64,000 nucleotides of DNA, taken from assembly GCA_051362555.1 (NCBI GenBank), contig CM120645.1, positions 9,238,001-9,302,000 on the forward strand. Reading direction: 5' to 3'. Shown in pieces: positions 38,900 to 50,998 of this stretch. The position numbers and the translations under genes are program-made. This DNA comes from Lingula anatina. Lineage: Eukaryota; Animalia; Brachiopoda. The notes under the pieces were generated by a model, which made no database searches, was not told the DNA's origin, and saw nothing but the letters and a program-made list of their open reading frames with translations. Every line of letters begins with the position of its first letter. Position 1 is the first letter of the stretch.

Positions 38900-41800
38900 T
38901 CACAGACTGACGTCACGACCAACTATTGTGAAAGACGCCCATTCGGTGCGAGGCCGATCTTGCATGGTTTGCATGGCATTCCTGAGTGCGCGGCTGACTG
39001 TGTTTCTCGCGATAAGATCTTGATAAAAGCTGGTCATAAAGGCTTTGGTCGCTTGGTCCGGCAGTTGCCATAGTGCCACTACCACCGCCTTGGCTCCTAC
39101 AAATACAATGTACATTTTTATGTTTTCTTAAAATTCAGTTTATCACTTCCCTAGGCCAGAAAAGGGTTGTTAATATAATGTTATATAATTAATCTGGGAG
39201 CAGGATTAGAGAATGCTTGCGTCCAAGTGCATTTTAACAATAAAAAGCAAAAGTCGCCAATATTTTATCTGTTTTTTTTTTTTTAATCTAAAAATTAACT
39301 AAATGATATATTGATATAGTATAAAAAGTATATGTTACTCTTTGAAAACCTAACTGGAGACTAAAAAGCGCACCTGCTACTAGAAATGCCCTGGACAGTC
39401 CTACCACGCCCTCGTTTCTGATCTGCCCACTTCCGCTGTGGCAGGCACTGAGAACAACAATTTTAGCTCGAAGTTTCATCTCCATCACCTCCTCTGCAGT
39501 CAAGTAGACATCCTTGCTGGATAAGGTCTCGTCTTCTGGCGACCTGTCGGGAGACAAAACCAGGGCTGTCTCGGACCAGCTGCCATGACAGGCCATGTGG
39601 ATGACGTCAGCACGAGGTAGTTCCTTCTTGACAACGCTAAGTCGTGCGCGGTCTCGGAGAAGAGGTTCCGTGCCTAACATTTCCGCGATAAGAATCGCTT
39701 CATCTTCGGCACCTGGTAACTTGCACGGTGTCCATTTTTGTCCGCAAATGTCGATTTCTGGGACTGCAGGATTACCCACAACTAGTGCTCTGGGCTGTGT
39801 GTTCTCTTCACTCGAAGATGAATCTTCTCGAAGGGAGTGGGCTAAAATCTCCAACGATGGCATAACGGTGGCGCAGTAATCATTGATGAGGAGAGCTGGG
39901 AAAGGCACCAAATGCAGCTGAAGGTCGGGTATGATGACGATGTTGCTGTATCGATCGCCATCTTTTTTCAGCATATTTAACACGGAAAAAAGGATGACGT
40001 CATACCACCTTTGAAACACTTTCCTCAAATCATTGCCTTTGGACGTTAAAGTGGCGTCATGGGTGCTAGAAGAATCAAGCGCGCTGTCCAAGTTATTTCG
40101 AGTACGACCTTTCCAACCGCCCATATACATATTTCTCCAGTTTACACTAGGGATGGTCTGATCCCCAGCTGGGGATGGGGGAGAGAGTGACCGCAGCACG
40201 GAGAGCTCACTTAAGAGCCCCGTGACGTCAGTGTCCGGGCACGTGACGGCATAGTCAAGAAACGTAACGTCATCTTGCTGCGGTCGGATGACCCAGGCGA
40301 ATAGTTTGTCGTTGATTAAGGCAAATACAACTACGGGCATGTTGGCAGTATTGACAACCCAGTGGATTTCTTTTGGTCTTTTTATATGTTTTGGGATATC
40401 TGCCTTGGGACGTCTGGCGTACACGATATCTAGCATTGACCGGGCTCGACATTGCTCAGCCACTGACAGAGCCTCGGTGTATTTTTGTTGCTGTATATAA
40501 ATTTCCTGGAGAGCAGTGAAGCACTCCATCACCGACTCGAAGTATTCTATTTTGTTGTCATCGTCATTCAACCGTCTTTCTCGAACATAAGATGCTATTG
40601 ATATTCCATGCATGTATGGTGTCCTGGCTTTCTGGAGCAAACCCTGCGCCTTGTACAAAGAGCCCTGCAGCGTGTAGCACATTTGCTGCAGTTCTATACT
40701 TGTCAGCTCAATAGCCAGTTGCAGAGATGCCGAAGCGTGTTCTTCCGCCTTATCGAAACTCCGTTGTTTTATGAAAATCTTCGCCAAATGTTGATGACAT
40801 AAACACTCAATGGACATATTTTCAACGTCTTGGGCCAATTCAATTGTCCATTTAAAATGCGAAATGGCGCCCGTTGTAGATCCATATCGCTCCAGAAGAG
40901 CAGCATATTTGTATTTTGTTTTGCATAAACGATCCTTGTCTTTTATTTTATCAGCAATATCTATTGCGTGTTTAAAGCATTTTACAGTTACCTGAAATAA
41001 TGAGTCAATTTCTGATTCAGAACTAGCCTTCGCAAGTGTTAAGTAAGATATTTCCATTTCCACATCACTAAGACGAATGCGGTCTCCCAAGTTCTGCAAG
41101 ACGCGTCGGTTTTGTTCAAGAAAACGCAGTGCTCTTTCAGTGTTTCCAACCAGTATACAAGTTTTGCTCATGCACGTCAGACACAAACTCAATATTTCTT
41201 GAGAATCGTAGTCGTTTTCATCGAGGGATTCCGCGATTTTTAACGCTAGGCTGGCGTGATCAATAGAATCCTGATATGAGCCGAACTGACGGCGATCATT
41301 GGAGATACAAACATGGGCACTGGCTAGCAACAGCTTGCCCCCTAGGTCTTGGGCTATTTGCAGCGCTTTCTCTAGCTCCTCCTCATCCGAACAGTCGTCT
41401 CTTTTTGAAAGATGGACATCTTGTTTTAACAGCAAACACGCTGCAACAATGTCTTTCCTGTCAAGTTCTTCGGCCATATCTTCGGCTTGGGATATATAGT
41501 CATACGCTTCCCCAAAGATTCTCAGATTGAGGCAAGAGCGACCCAACTGCATCAGCAAGCATGCCGCTTTATCTTTCAAACCCCGCTCTTTTGCTACGAT
41601 CCAAGCCACTCTCAGGTGAACGTATTGCTTTTCAAAGTCGTATTTCACATTGTAACACCAGGCAATGGTCTCGTAAAGGTTCAGTAAAGCGTCTACCGCA
41701 TTTTCATTATCGGCTGTAAGTTCTTTTGGTCGAACCCCGACTTCCACTAGGCTTTTCTTCGCTGTTTTATACAAACGCAATATCTTGTCAATTTTATTCA

Positions 41801-42158
41801 AAGCGTCTGCCAAGTTTTGATCATTGGATATAAGTCCCCTTTGTCCCAGCCATGCTTCCAACAGGCTATCCTTCGCTGTTATGTAAAAATGTAATGCCTT
41901 TGCTTTCTCTCTATGCTTTAGGGTCTCACTATAAACCACACCCAATGCCTGGTATGCCAAGCATTTTAAGATGCCTTTGTCTGTCGAGTTGGCATCATCC
42001 AAGGCCATGCAGGTATTTTTGTAAAAGTTGTACAGTATTTTGTTAGATGAAGACTCCACGTCCTCCTTCATTGCCAGTAAAGCGGCGGTGTACTCCCCTT
42101 GTTGAACGAGGGTCTCGATGTCTTGCAAATGTTGGTTTTCTTCAATGATGCTAGCCAT
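38900..42158 (-). CDS. TPR-CHAT protein copy 3 (full length). Exons 39374-42167 (ATG 42158) and 38900-39096
   Basis: Same motifs as copy 1 (IHMACHG, VVLSACHSG); long open exon plus the conserved last exon. Confidence 0.93.
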
Positions 42159-45074
42159 GGGTTGCAACTGTGAAAATAAAAAAAAAGGAAATAACATTGT
42201 CTTGTAGTTACTCATAACAGAAAACTAATTTTTAATCTCTTAAAGGGATAAGTTATTTATATTTCACAATAAAAGCATTGTAATCATAGGAATACATCAT
42301 AGGAATACAATAAATTCCATTTTACCACCAAAAAACGGTGGTCAACGAAATTATTCTGGAATTTATACTTGCCATCACACCACGTGACCTCCCTAGATGG
42401 CTATGCTCTGTTATAATTTCTTAAAAGAATATAACAAAAAAAAACTTTTTAGAAAAATAGCAAGGACTAACTTTGAATGTGGGAATGGATTTGTTAACTA
42501 ACCATTGGTAAGTATGGAAAAATTGTCCTTTACCCTAGGAAAACCCATTTTTGGCCAAAATGAACAGTTGTTATCCCTTTAAATATCATACAGGGTGACT
42601 CCACAAAATAAACAGAGCCCATGGCCCATAACAATTTTATTAAATCCTACAAAGGTTAGTCAAATTATAAGTAATTTGCCCGAATAAGTTTAATATACAG
42701 GTCGGTAGCCAGCAATTTCAAAAGGGGGGGGGGGGTTCTTTTTCTGAAAAGTGGACCTTTTTCCATAAAAACGTCATATACCTAGATCAAATGCTACCGA
42801 GAGTGGAACTTTTCTCCACAAAAGGGGCATTATACATGTACAGTACCATAGGGAGGTGGGGGTGGGGGGTGGGGGGCTAGGGGGGGGGAGCATCTTACTT
42901 ATGAGCACAACAGGGGTGTGAAACTAACAGGTTATCGTATCCACCACACATTGACTGATAAACTTTCAGATTATTTCTCAAGCTACTGACAAGGGGACTA
43001 CCGAACTTCGGATCTGCATGCAAATTGCTGTTAAGTAGCACAGCTGATGTTTTTTTTTTTTTTTTCATTAAAAATGCAAGAAAACCCATAATTTCACGTT
43101 GAAGGGTTTTACAAATCGTAAATAATAAGCACAGTATCAAAGACTTAAACTTTAAATTAACTCTTATTATGGTACATAACCATCTAAGGGATCAAACAAA
43201 AACGTACACGGCAGCTCTAAAAGCGTATTTGTTTCATGTACAAGCGACACTCGTGCTATACTTTTAAGTAAAAATCACTTAAAATGTGTATATACTTATT
43301 TAAAGGCTCTTACCTGTTTTAAAAAGGAAATTAGATTATTGCCTTCAGTCTCAGCTTGGATGTTCACGGCAAGAGCTTACGCATTCACTTTTGCTTTGGC
43401 AGGGATTTTTTTAGTTTCTGTACGTACTATTGTGTTTATTTTGCGTCAAAGGCTAAAACAGAAATTGGGAATTTTGTCAAGTTTTTTTAGATCAAGATCA
43501 GCTTTCAATATCGATATCATGAGTAATCCGTAACTTCCGGGTAAAATCCGAAGAAGCATTACCTCTAGAAAACACTCGTTTGCCGGAAATAAGGTGTAAT
43601 ATGAAATGATGGAGAAACAAAATGCACACGTAATAGAAAGTTAATGATTTCCGCAAATGAACTACATGTACTTTTAGGAGGCCTTGACATTATCGTTGGA
43701 GATTTAAAGCACACAAATAAACCATGTTCTACAAGAAGGTCAATTTCACTTATAAACGCGCCACTACCCCCCCCCCCCCCCCAAAAAAAAAAATATATAT
43801 ATATATATATATAAAGGCAGCTACAGCACAAACATACAGCTACATCGCTTGTACTTATACTTTTCCAATACAGCTCACCAATTTACATAGGCACTATAGG
43901 GGCCTATTATATATTTTCTGAAAGGCACACAGTTGTAGGTGAATTTACCAAATATTGATCTGTGACGCGCGAATGCCATTTAATATTGTCTAGTATTCTT
44001 GTGTTTTGTGCTTTCTATGAACTCCCTACCTGTTGTAAAGGGGATCAAAATATATACTTCAGTCGCAGCTTTGATGTTAACGGTCAGAGATTCCACATAC
44101 ACTTTTTTCTTTGCCAAAGACTGGTGCACGTGGTTTCTACACTATACTCTGTTAAGCGTGATTGAGCCAAATGCTAAAAATAGATGTTGGGCATTTTATT
44201 AGGTCACTTGACGTCATGATCATATGATCAGATGTCGATATCGTCAATCCATATAATAGTTTTCAGGGAGGATCTGAAGAAGCTGTGATTCATTCACATT
44301 TACCTTTGGAAAGCAGTGTTTTTTTTCGATGATAATTAAGATACATGTAGTGCAGCGTATCATGATGATAAGACGATTCAGAGACAATATATCGCATTCA
44401 GTTAATATTCTATAAGAAAAAAATCAATGTCTCCTCCTAATAGGTGAGCTAGGCCTTCACATGCTGAGTATCAGGCCTAGTCATCATTATTTAAGCAAGT
44501 TTGCCATGTTGAATGCGAAGGTTGATTTCACTGATAATAAGCTTTAAATAAATTTATGATATTAATTTCAGCACGAAGCAGCACTTATGTTTCATTATTT
44601 GTGGTCCAATTTATCCACACGTGGCACAATATTTTACTGTAGTAGAATGTGGACGTTTAATAGGGTAGACAAATATACATGTTGGGTTGCAAATATTGAT
44701 CTGTGACAGCAGGTGCCTGCATGATGACACAGTTATGCTCACTTCTTTTAGGTTAAGGGGTGGGGGGGATAATATACATGTAGAAACGCATACACTAGCC
44801 TACCGATACAGACCCGATATGCAGATGTATAGCACTGTATGCATATAGGCCTATATACAACTTGTATAGTTTGGAGTAGTATTTTGGCTGCTGGTCCCAC
44901 ATGTACAGTGTTAAAAGAGTAGATGTACAGTGCATGCATAGATCTAGGCCCTATACCATGTAGCTAGCCTGAATTGCGTGGGCATGTTTGAACCGTCATG
45001 AGACACGACGGTGTAGCCTCGTTATGAGAGTGGGGGTAGGGGTTTGGAAATAGCGAAGTTGTTTTACTTTCTAA

Positions 45075-45217
45075 AAATGCACATGGTTATAAAGCTTTAA
45101 AATGATGGCACAATACGACAAATTTTATTCACTGATTATGCAGCTAAAGATGCACATGTTAATAAAGCTTAGAAATGATCGCACAATACAAATTTTGATC
45201 ACTGATTATACAGCTTC
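45075..45217. repeat. ~72-bp tandem duplication
   Basis: ATGCACATG..AAAGCTT..GCACAATAC..AAATTTT..CACTGATTAT..CAGCT occurs twice. Confidence 0.75.
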
Positions 45218-46150
45218 ATATAGATGCATTTAGAGCATAAGGTCAGGTCGATCGTGTCGTGCCTCTATGTACACGTAGTAGGCCTATATATTAAATTGTA
45301 CAGATGCAGTTAAATACGTGCCATGCGCCTTACAAGTATCGTTTTTTTTAACTTTCAACTATGAAAGAAACACGTACTGCACTGTACACAAATTCCTCTC
45401 TGAGGCGGACTTGTGTCAATTACTTCATTTAAGAGATTCGTGTCTTAATTATGTCTTCTTATTTCTAATAACAATTAGACCGTGAATTAAGGATATAACA
45501 GCATGTATTATCTCAGTATCTGGTCAAAGTTTTATCTTTATAAATGTATAAATTTTATCCGCGAAACAAAATGACCATAGCACTGTTTTTATTCATTCTT
45601 TCAAGAAAGCAAACAAAAAAATCGGTGCTTAAATGTTTATTTCTTCAAAAATCTGAACACCTTTAATTGGAACTCATATTATTAGTTATAAAATCATAAA
45701 ACGTAAGCTAACTATCTCAGGGACGCAAATGATGAAGTCCCTTCAAAAAAAGTTGCCTACTACATTAGAAAAAGCAGCAAGGGGAGATCAGAAATATTGG
45801 GGCAGCCACAAAGTCAACATGCTATTGTACAGGTATAATGTAAAAAAATGCTTTAAGCATAAAGTAATAAGTGCAAATATATTTATAAAAATATCTTTGA
45901 TATTCACATCAGTCTGTTATATATGTATTTCAATAATTTATATAGTATTATAGATCTCAGTTTTGTGCATTTGTCAACAATGTTAGAATATAGTCATTGT
46001 ACCAAATGTACTAGTATCAACAAAGACAATATAATTATGTACATCAACACCCCTTTGCAATATGTACTTTAGAGTCCTAAGTCTGGGGTAACTGAACTTT
46101 ACACATTTTCATGAAATATTACCAAACAGTAAAGTAACACACAATTTTAC

Positions 46151-49100
46151 TTAAAGAAACATCTGAATGACCGAATCTGACAAACTTTCTGCAGCTTCAT
46201 CAAATGTAGAATAGTCACTGGATTCGGCAATCAATTTGAATTCAGCCCTCTTCAGTGTTTTGGGTCTTTGGAATTCCTTGAACAATACCAAAACTTTGGG
46301 TGAGACTACCAGCCCGTCCAACACAAAAGACTCTAAGGCATCGTCCTTAGGTAGAGCTGCAAGCAGTGCTTTTGCTGAAGCTTCATGAAATAACACGCTC
46401 TCTTTTTGTAAAAAATGGACAGAGATCTCTCTCAGAACCCGATTTTGTTTTATTATGTCTGTCAAATCAGACACAAAATCTGTGGTTCCACCACCGTATA
46501 TTACATCCCATCCAGAAAACTCCAGGGAAACTAAAGTTCTATTGCGCTGGGCAACAGCCTCAAGGGCATGGCAAATGCCATTTTCTTCTCTGTTTTTTGA
46601 GGTGACATCTGGTGAACCATAAATTATGCCTCGACTTCGACCAAGGAAAGCTATCGATAATATTTGGATGCTTTTACTGTTTTTGATAAGGTCGCTTACT
46701 GCTAAAAAGAGCGTTTTAATCCTATTTCTTAAACCTGGAATGTTTTCCCAGCCAATCATTTCAAACCTGTTCAGGCGATGAGACTCACTGATAGCTGCAA
46801 GAGTTTCCACAATAGCATTCGTGATGCTATCGGGGATTTCTTCATCACTTTCTCCGTTTTTCCCTCCAAACCCCACAACAAGTGACTGTAGATCCCTGTT
46901 TTGTTCAACAAGTACCTTTATGGCCGAAAGCACGGGCGTAGCATTATGACCAAAACCCTCAATGCCATAGAGCTCAACTTGTCGAAAGAGAGGTGGGTGC
47001 TGTAATGGCAGCAGTAAAAAAGGCACATGAGATTCATCTAAACATTGCCTTCCTAAATCGAGTTTAAAACCCAACAGATGACTTTCTGGCGATAGCAATA
47101 AAGCTGAAAGCTCTTGCCAAGAACCCTCAGTCACAGTTATGTCTTTGTCAAAATTCATGCTAAGATAATCTAAAGTTTCCTTGGTTTTGCATAACCGGCA
47201 GAACTCTCTGAGATCTACCGTACAGTTTCTAAAGGTGACATCCAAACTCTTAATTGCCTCTGTCTCCAACATAAACGAACACAGCTCTGGCATAAAATCC
47301 CTACGGACTCGTTCCATCTTATAAGGCCATGGCAAACATGAACAGAAAAGCTTTTTCTCTTCTGTGTCTTCTCCGTTGAAACTGATGGAAAGCGTCTCAA
47401 TTTTCTTTGCATTCTTTAAACATTCTAAGGTGACCTGCTTAAAATGACCCTTTAATTCAAGCGCCCTCACTGTGGACTGATTGTTCGAGAGGGTGTTAAA
47501 CACGGGGCCTAAAATGCAATAGTCGAAAGGTGGAGTGCTGCACTCGTCACCCATTCCAACCGTATCGTCAAGTCTAGACAAACTTAGCTTTTGCGGCAAG
47601 ACCATCAACAACCTTGGCACCTGATAACCCAAGCTCAAGTGTTTCCACGGACCTGCAGCCTGTAATAATTTGTCTCACTCTTTTAAAGTAAGACTTTTGT
47701 ACACAGGCATAAGACAAGGTATCACAAACACCATCTGATTGGCCACAGATTACCTCAATTATTTTTGGAACCTGCTGAGGGTGCTTATCTTGATACTCAA
47801 GGACTTTTCGGAGGCCTTGCTCGAACTCGTAGCTCATATTTATGGGCAAAGGCAACACCTCCCAAAACGCACAAGAAAAACAATCCAGAAAGTTACATCT
47901 GTTGCATTCATAAAAACATTCAAAAATAGTCTGTAAGATACCAGCTTTCACCATGTACTGAAACAACCTATCTACATCGACAGTGTGCAAGAAATTCAGC
48001 CACTCAACGCTTTTCTTCTTCCCCGTTAATTTCTCATAAACAGATTTGGCCAATTTTACCCTGATAATTCGAATATACTTTTCACTCTCGATTGGCGCAT
48101 CTATGGTCTGCACTGCCTGAGCAAGTGCATTGAACAATGGCTGGCTCTTTTCACCCATGAACCCTGCCACAAACCTGCTAAGAAGCCTGTTGGAGGGACC
48201 ACTGGCACATCGAACAAATAAAGTGTCATTTGTGGCGGACTGTAATGACACATACCATGCACAGAGTGCTTCTTGGAAAGTGCGATGCAAAAACGAGCAA
48301 GTTGTATATTCAAACGTTTTTAAATAGCTTCTTCTCTTCTTCATGAACCCTAGTTCAATAAAATGAACATTGTGGTAACCCCTACGGATGTCTGTCACTG
48401 AAAATGACATCGTGTCATCATTACAGAGACCGTCATAAGCTAATTTCCCAAGTTTCCGTAAATGAGGTAACACTTGTTCTGGGATGTTTTCATCAGTCAT
48501 TTCTATTTTGTTACGTTCACAATATCTTTTAATAATGTAAACAATTATTTCCCAATACAATCTGGTGATTGTATTAGGAAGAGACCTTTGATGAACTGAC
48601 CATACCAAGCAAAGCAAAACTAAATTCAAAGGGTTGCAGGATATTTCAGACACATTTCGTTGTTCTGACAATTCTTGCAGCAATTTTTGCCCAGATTTTC
48701 GGTCGTCTTGGAAGTGTTTTAAGACATAGGCATCTCTGCTGGTTTCTGAAAACCCGTTGATGGTATAAAATGCGTCACACGCCTTAAGATCTTCAATACA
48801 TTCATACGGCCGAGATGTAATCATGACGGTGCTTTTTCGCAATAATTTGGAATGCACAATTTTGTCGACGTCAAAATAGAGCGTGTCGGACTTTTTGTGT
48901 TCGGGGAGTTCATCATAAGCATCAAAAATAAACAAAACATGTTCTTGATGCTTTGCTAGCTCTTCCAACACTTCCTTATAATCGATGGTTTGCGTGTAGC
49001 CCAGTTGCATCAACAGGTCTTCTGGAAGTAACTGATCAAAACATGTCTCGACAAAAGAATTTCTCATATTTTTGCATTCTAACAAGAACACTAGTTCAAA

Positions 49101-50998
49101 CTGGGGGTATAGACCTCGCGCCCAATCATATGCAATTTTGTGACAATACAAGGATTTCCCTACACCGGGTTCCCCCTCCACTCTTATACGACAAGGCTGC
49201 CTCCCAGAGCTTTCTTTAGCAAACATATTACTAGTTACAGTGAGATCTTCTTCTCGCTCTCCAGAAGGACCGGAACTATATTTTCTCTTGATTTCTAAAT
49301 CTGTATACACTTCATAAAACTGAAACTTGAACTCATCCAGCCAAGGAAGAGGTTGAATATCTGTAAAAAGATCCAGGTAGAGATCCTTCAGGATTTCGGC
49401 TACTTTGGCCCACCACAGAGGGCGACTGGTATGGACAGGGGGACAGGTGCTCGTGTGTGCACTGGGTTCATAGGGTTGGCCATTGATGGGTGATTTTGAT
49501 GCATCTGTAGGTCCTGAAAATTAACAAGACATTTTCAACCCGCATATAAAAAAAATAAAACTGCTATCCAACAGAAAAAAGCATAATAGCTAGGTAATAA
49601 ATCTGAACTATTTTACGTTTAGGCCAATATAAACACACTAAACCTGCATCTTAATTTTTACGTATACTTAAAAAATTTCTGTGTGTATCAATGTTGTATT
49701 GTCGACCTTCTTTTCACACCAGCCCACCAGTCAACAAGGTGTGTTAGATTTCCAGTTTCCTTTTGTTTTATGATATGATACTGAAGATAAGATATTAAGG
49801 TCGGTTTTTAGGCTACAATAGACTTGCTGTGCAAGGGGCCGCATGATACGTCTGACATAAGATGAAAAGGTAGACACATTGAAAAAGATGCTAATCTTGA
49901 AACACGGGTTCATTTGTATAATGACATGACTGTTGATAAAATTAAAAGCCGGGAATGCAATTTAAGCTCTAACATATATATTGCGCATATGCTATCTGCT
50001 TGATAGTTAATTTTTAGTTACGCAATTGAACCCTGCTGTTGTTTAAAATTCAGTTCGATCTTTAAATTAACCCTAGCCTGAGCACGAAATATCAGTTTTT
50101 CAATAAATGTGTTTCTTCTTGATGTGCTTACTTTGAAATGAAAATAATTTTATATCTCTTTTAAATTTCCAGGTGTAGTAAATACATTAGTAAATTCTGT
50201 AAATGTATATCTACAACATTACGGAATTATGAAAAAACGTAGAATAATAATAATCATTTTACGGCAAAAGGTTGGTGTAAAAAAATAAAGTGTTTTACCT
50301 TTCACTACCACCAGTATTTCCTCCACTCTAGTCGCGAGCTCTAAGATTTGTTCTGATTGTTTTTGGACCGTCATTGCCAGATTCTCTCCCTGCTGGTGGA
50401 GCTTCTCCAACATGATCTTGGCTTCCTGGTCTTGCTTGTACCAATCTCGGATCACATTAAGATATGTCTCCTCATTTTCAGTCAATGGATCTGTCTCTAG
50501 AGAGAGGATCTTGCTTTGCCAGTGCGGGCCGCCGAGGCGAAGTATAGCCTGCTGTATTACTGGAAAGTAAGTGTTGAACGAAGTCTCCGGAAGTTTTGAG
50601 CTCTCCACGTGCGCGTACAAATGGTTCCTGCACCACTTCAGTCTTGCCAAGTCGTCAGCTACTGCTGTGTCAAATGCCTTGGGGAGCTGGTCCCAGCCGT
50701 TGGCTGGCGGAGAAAGATTGCACACATTTCTCAACAAAATAAAAAGAAGAGTAATGTTAAAGTCCTTTGACTGTCCAAATGTATTTGTGGCCGGGTACAG
50801 TTTTGTCCACTGGGGCTTTGTTAATACACGCTTCGTATGAAGTCTCAACAAATGGCATTTATATTTGAAGAGTATCACTGGGAGGGTCACTGGAGGGTGA
50901 ATTTTATCAAAAACCTCTCTTACTGCCTCGGTCCCGCAGTCCAGCAATAGTCTACACATCAGAATAAAATGCCTTCTTTCTTCGCCACATGAATCCAT
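46151..50998 (-). CDS. NLR-like protein: DZIP3-like HEPN + coiled coil + NACHT + LRR-like C-terminus. Exons 50299-50998 and 46151-49513, with a +1 frameshift near 47574-47638
   Basis: HEPN: CRLLLDCGT..QWTKLYP..FNITLLFILLRN..PPANGW..DLARLKWCRNHLYAH. NACHT: PLPW, VYTDL, Walker A GEPGVGKS, Walker B LFIFDAYDEL, ITSRP, NPLNL, FLHRTFQE. Leu-rich repetitive C-terminus. Phase-1 GT-AG intron. Confidence 0.88.

Noticed and set aside
22008-41700. Plus-strand ORFs overlapping the TPR-CHAT genes (e.g. 22801, 30700, 39595)
   Set aside because: Antisense shadows, conserved only because the sense genes are duplicated.
22143-42167. Bacterial contamination or recent horizontal transfer of TPR-CHAT genes
   Set aside because: The genes have spliceosomal introns, carry host MITEs and are contiguous with metazoan genes. 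An ancient origin cannot be judged without a phylogeny.
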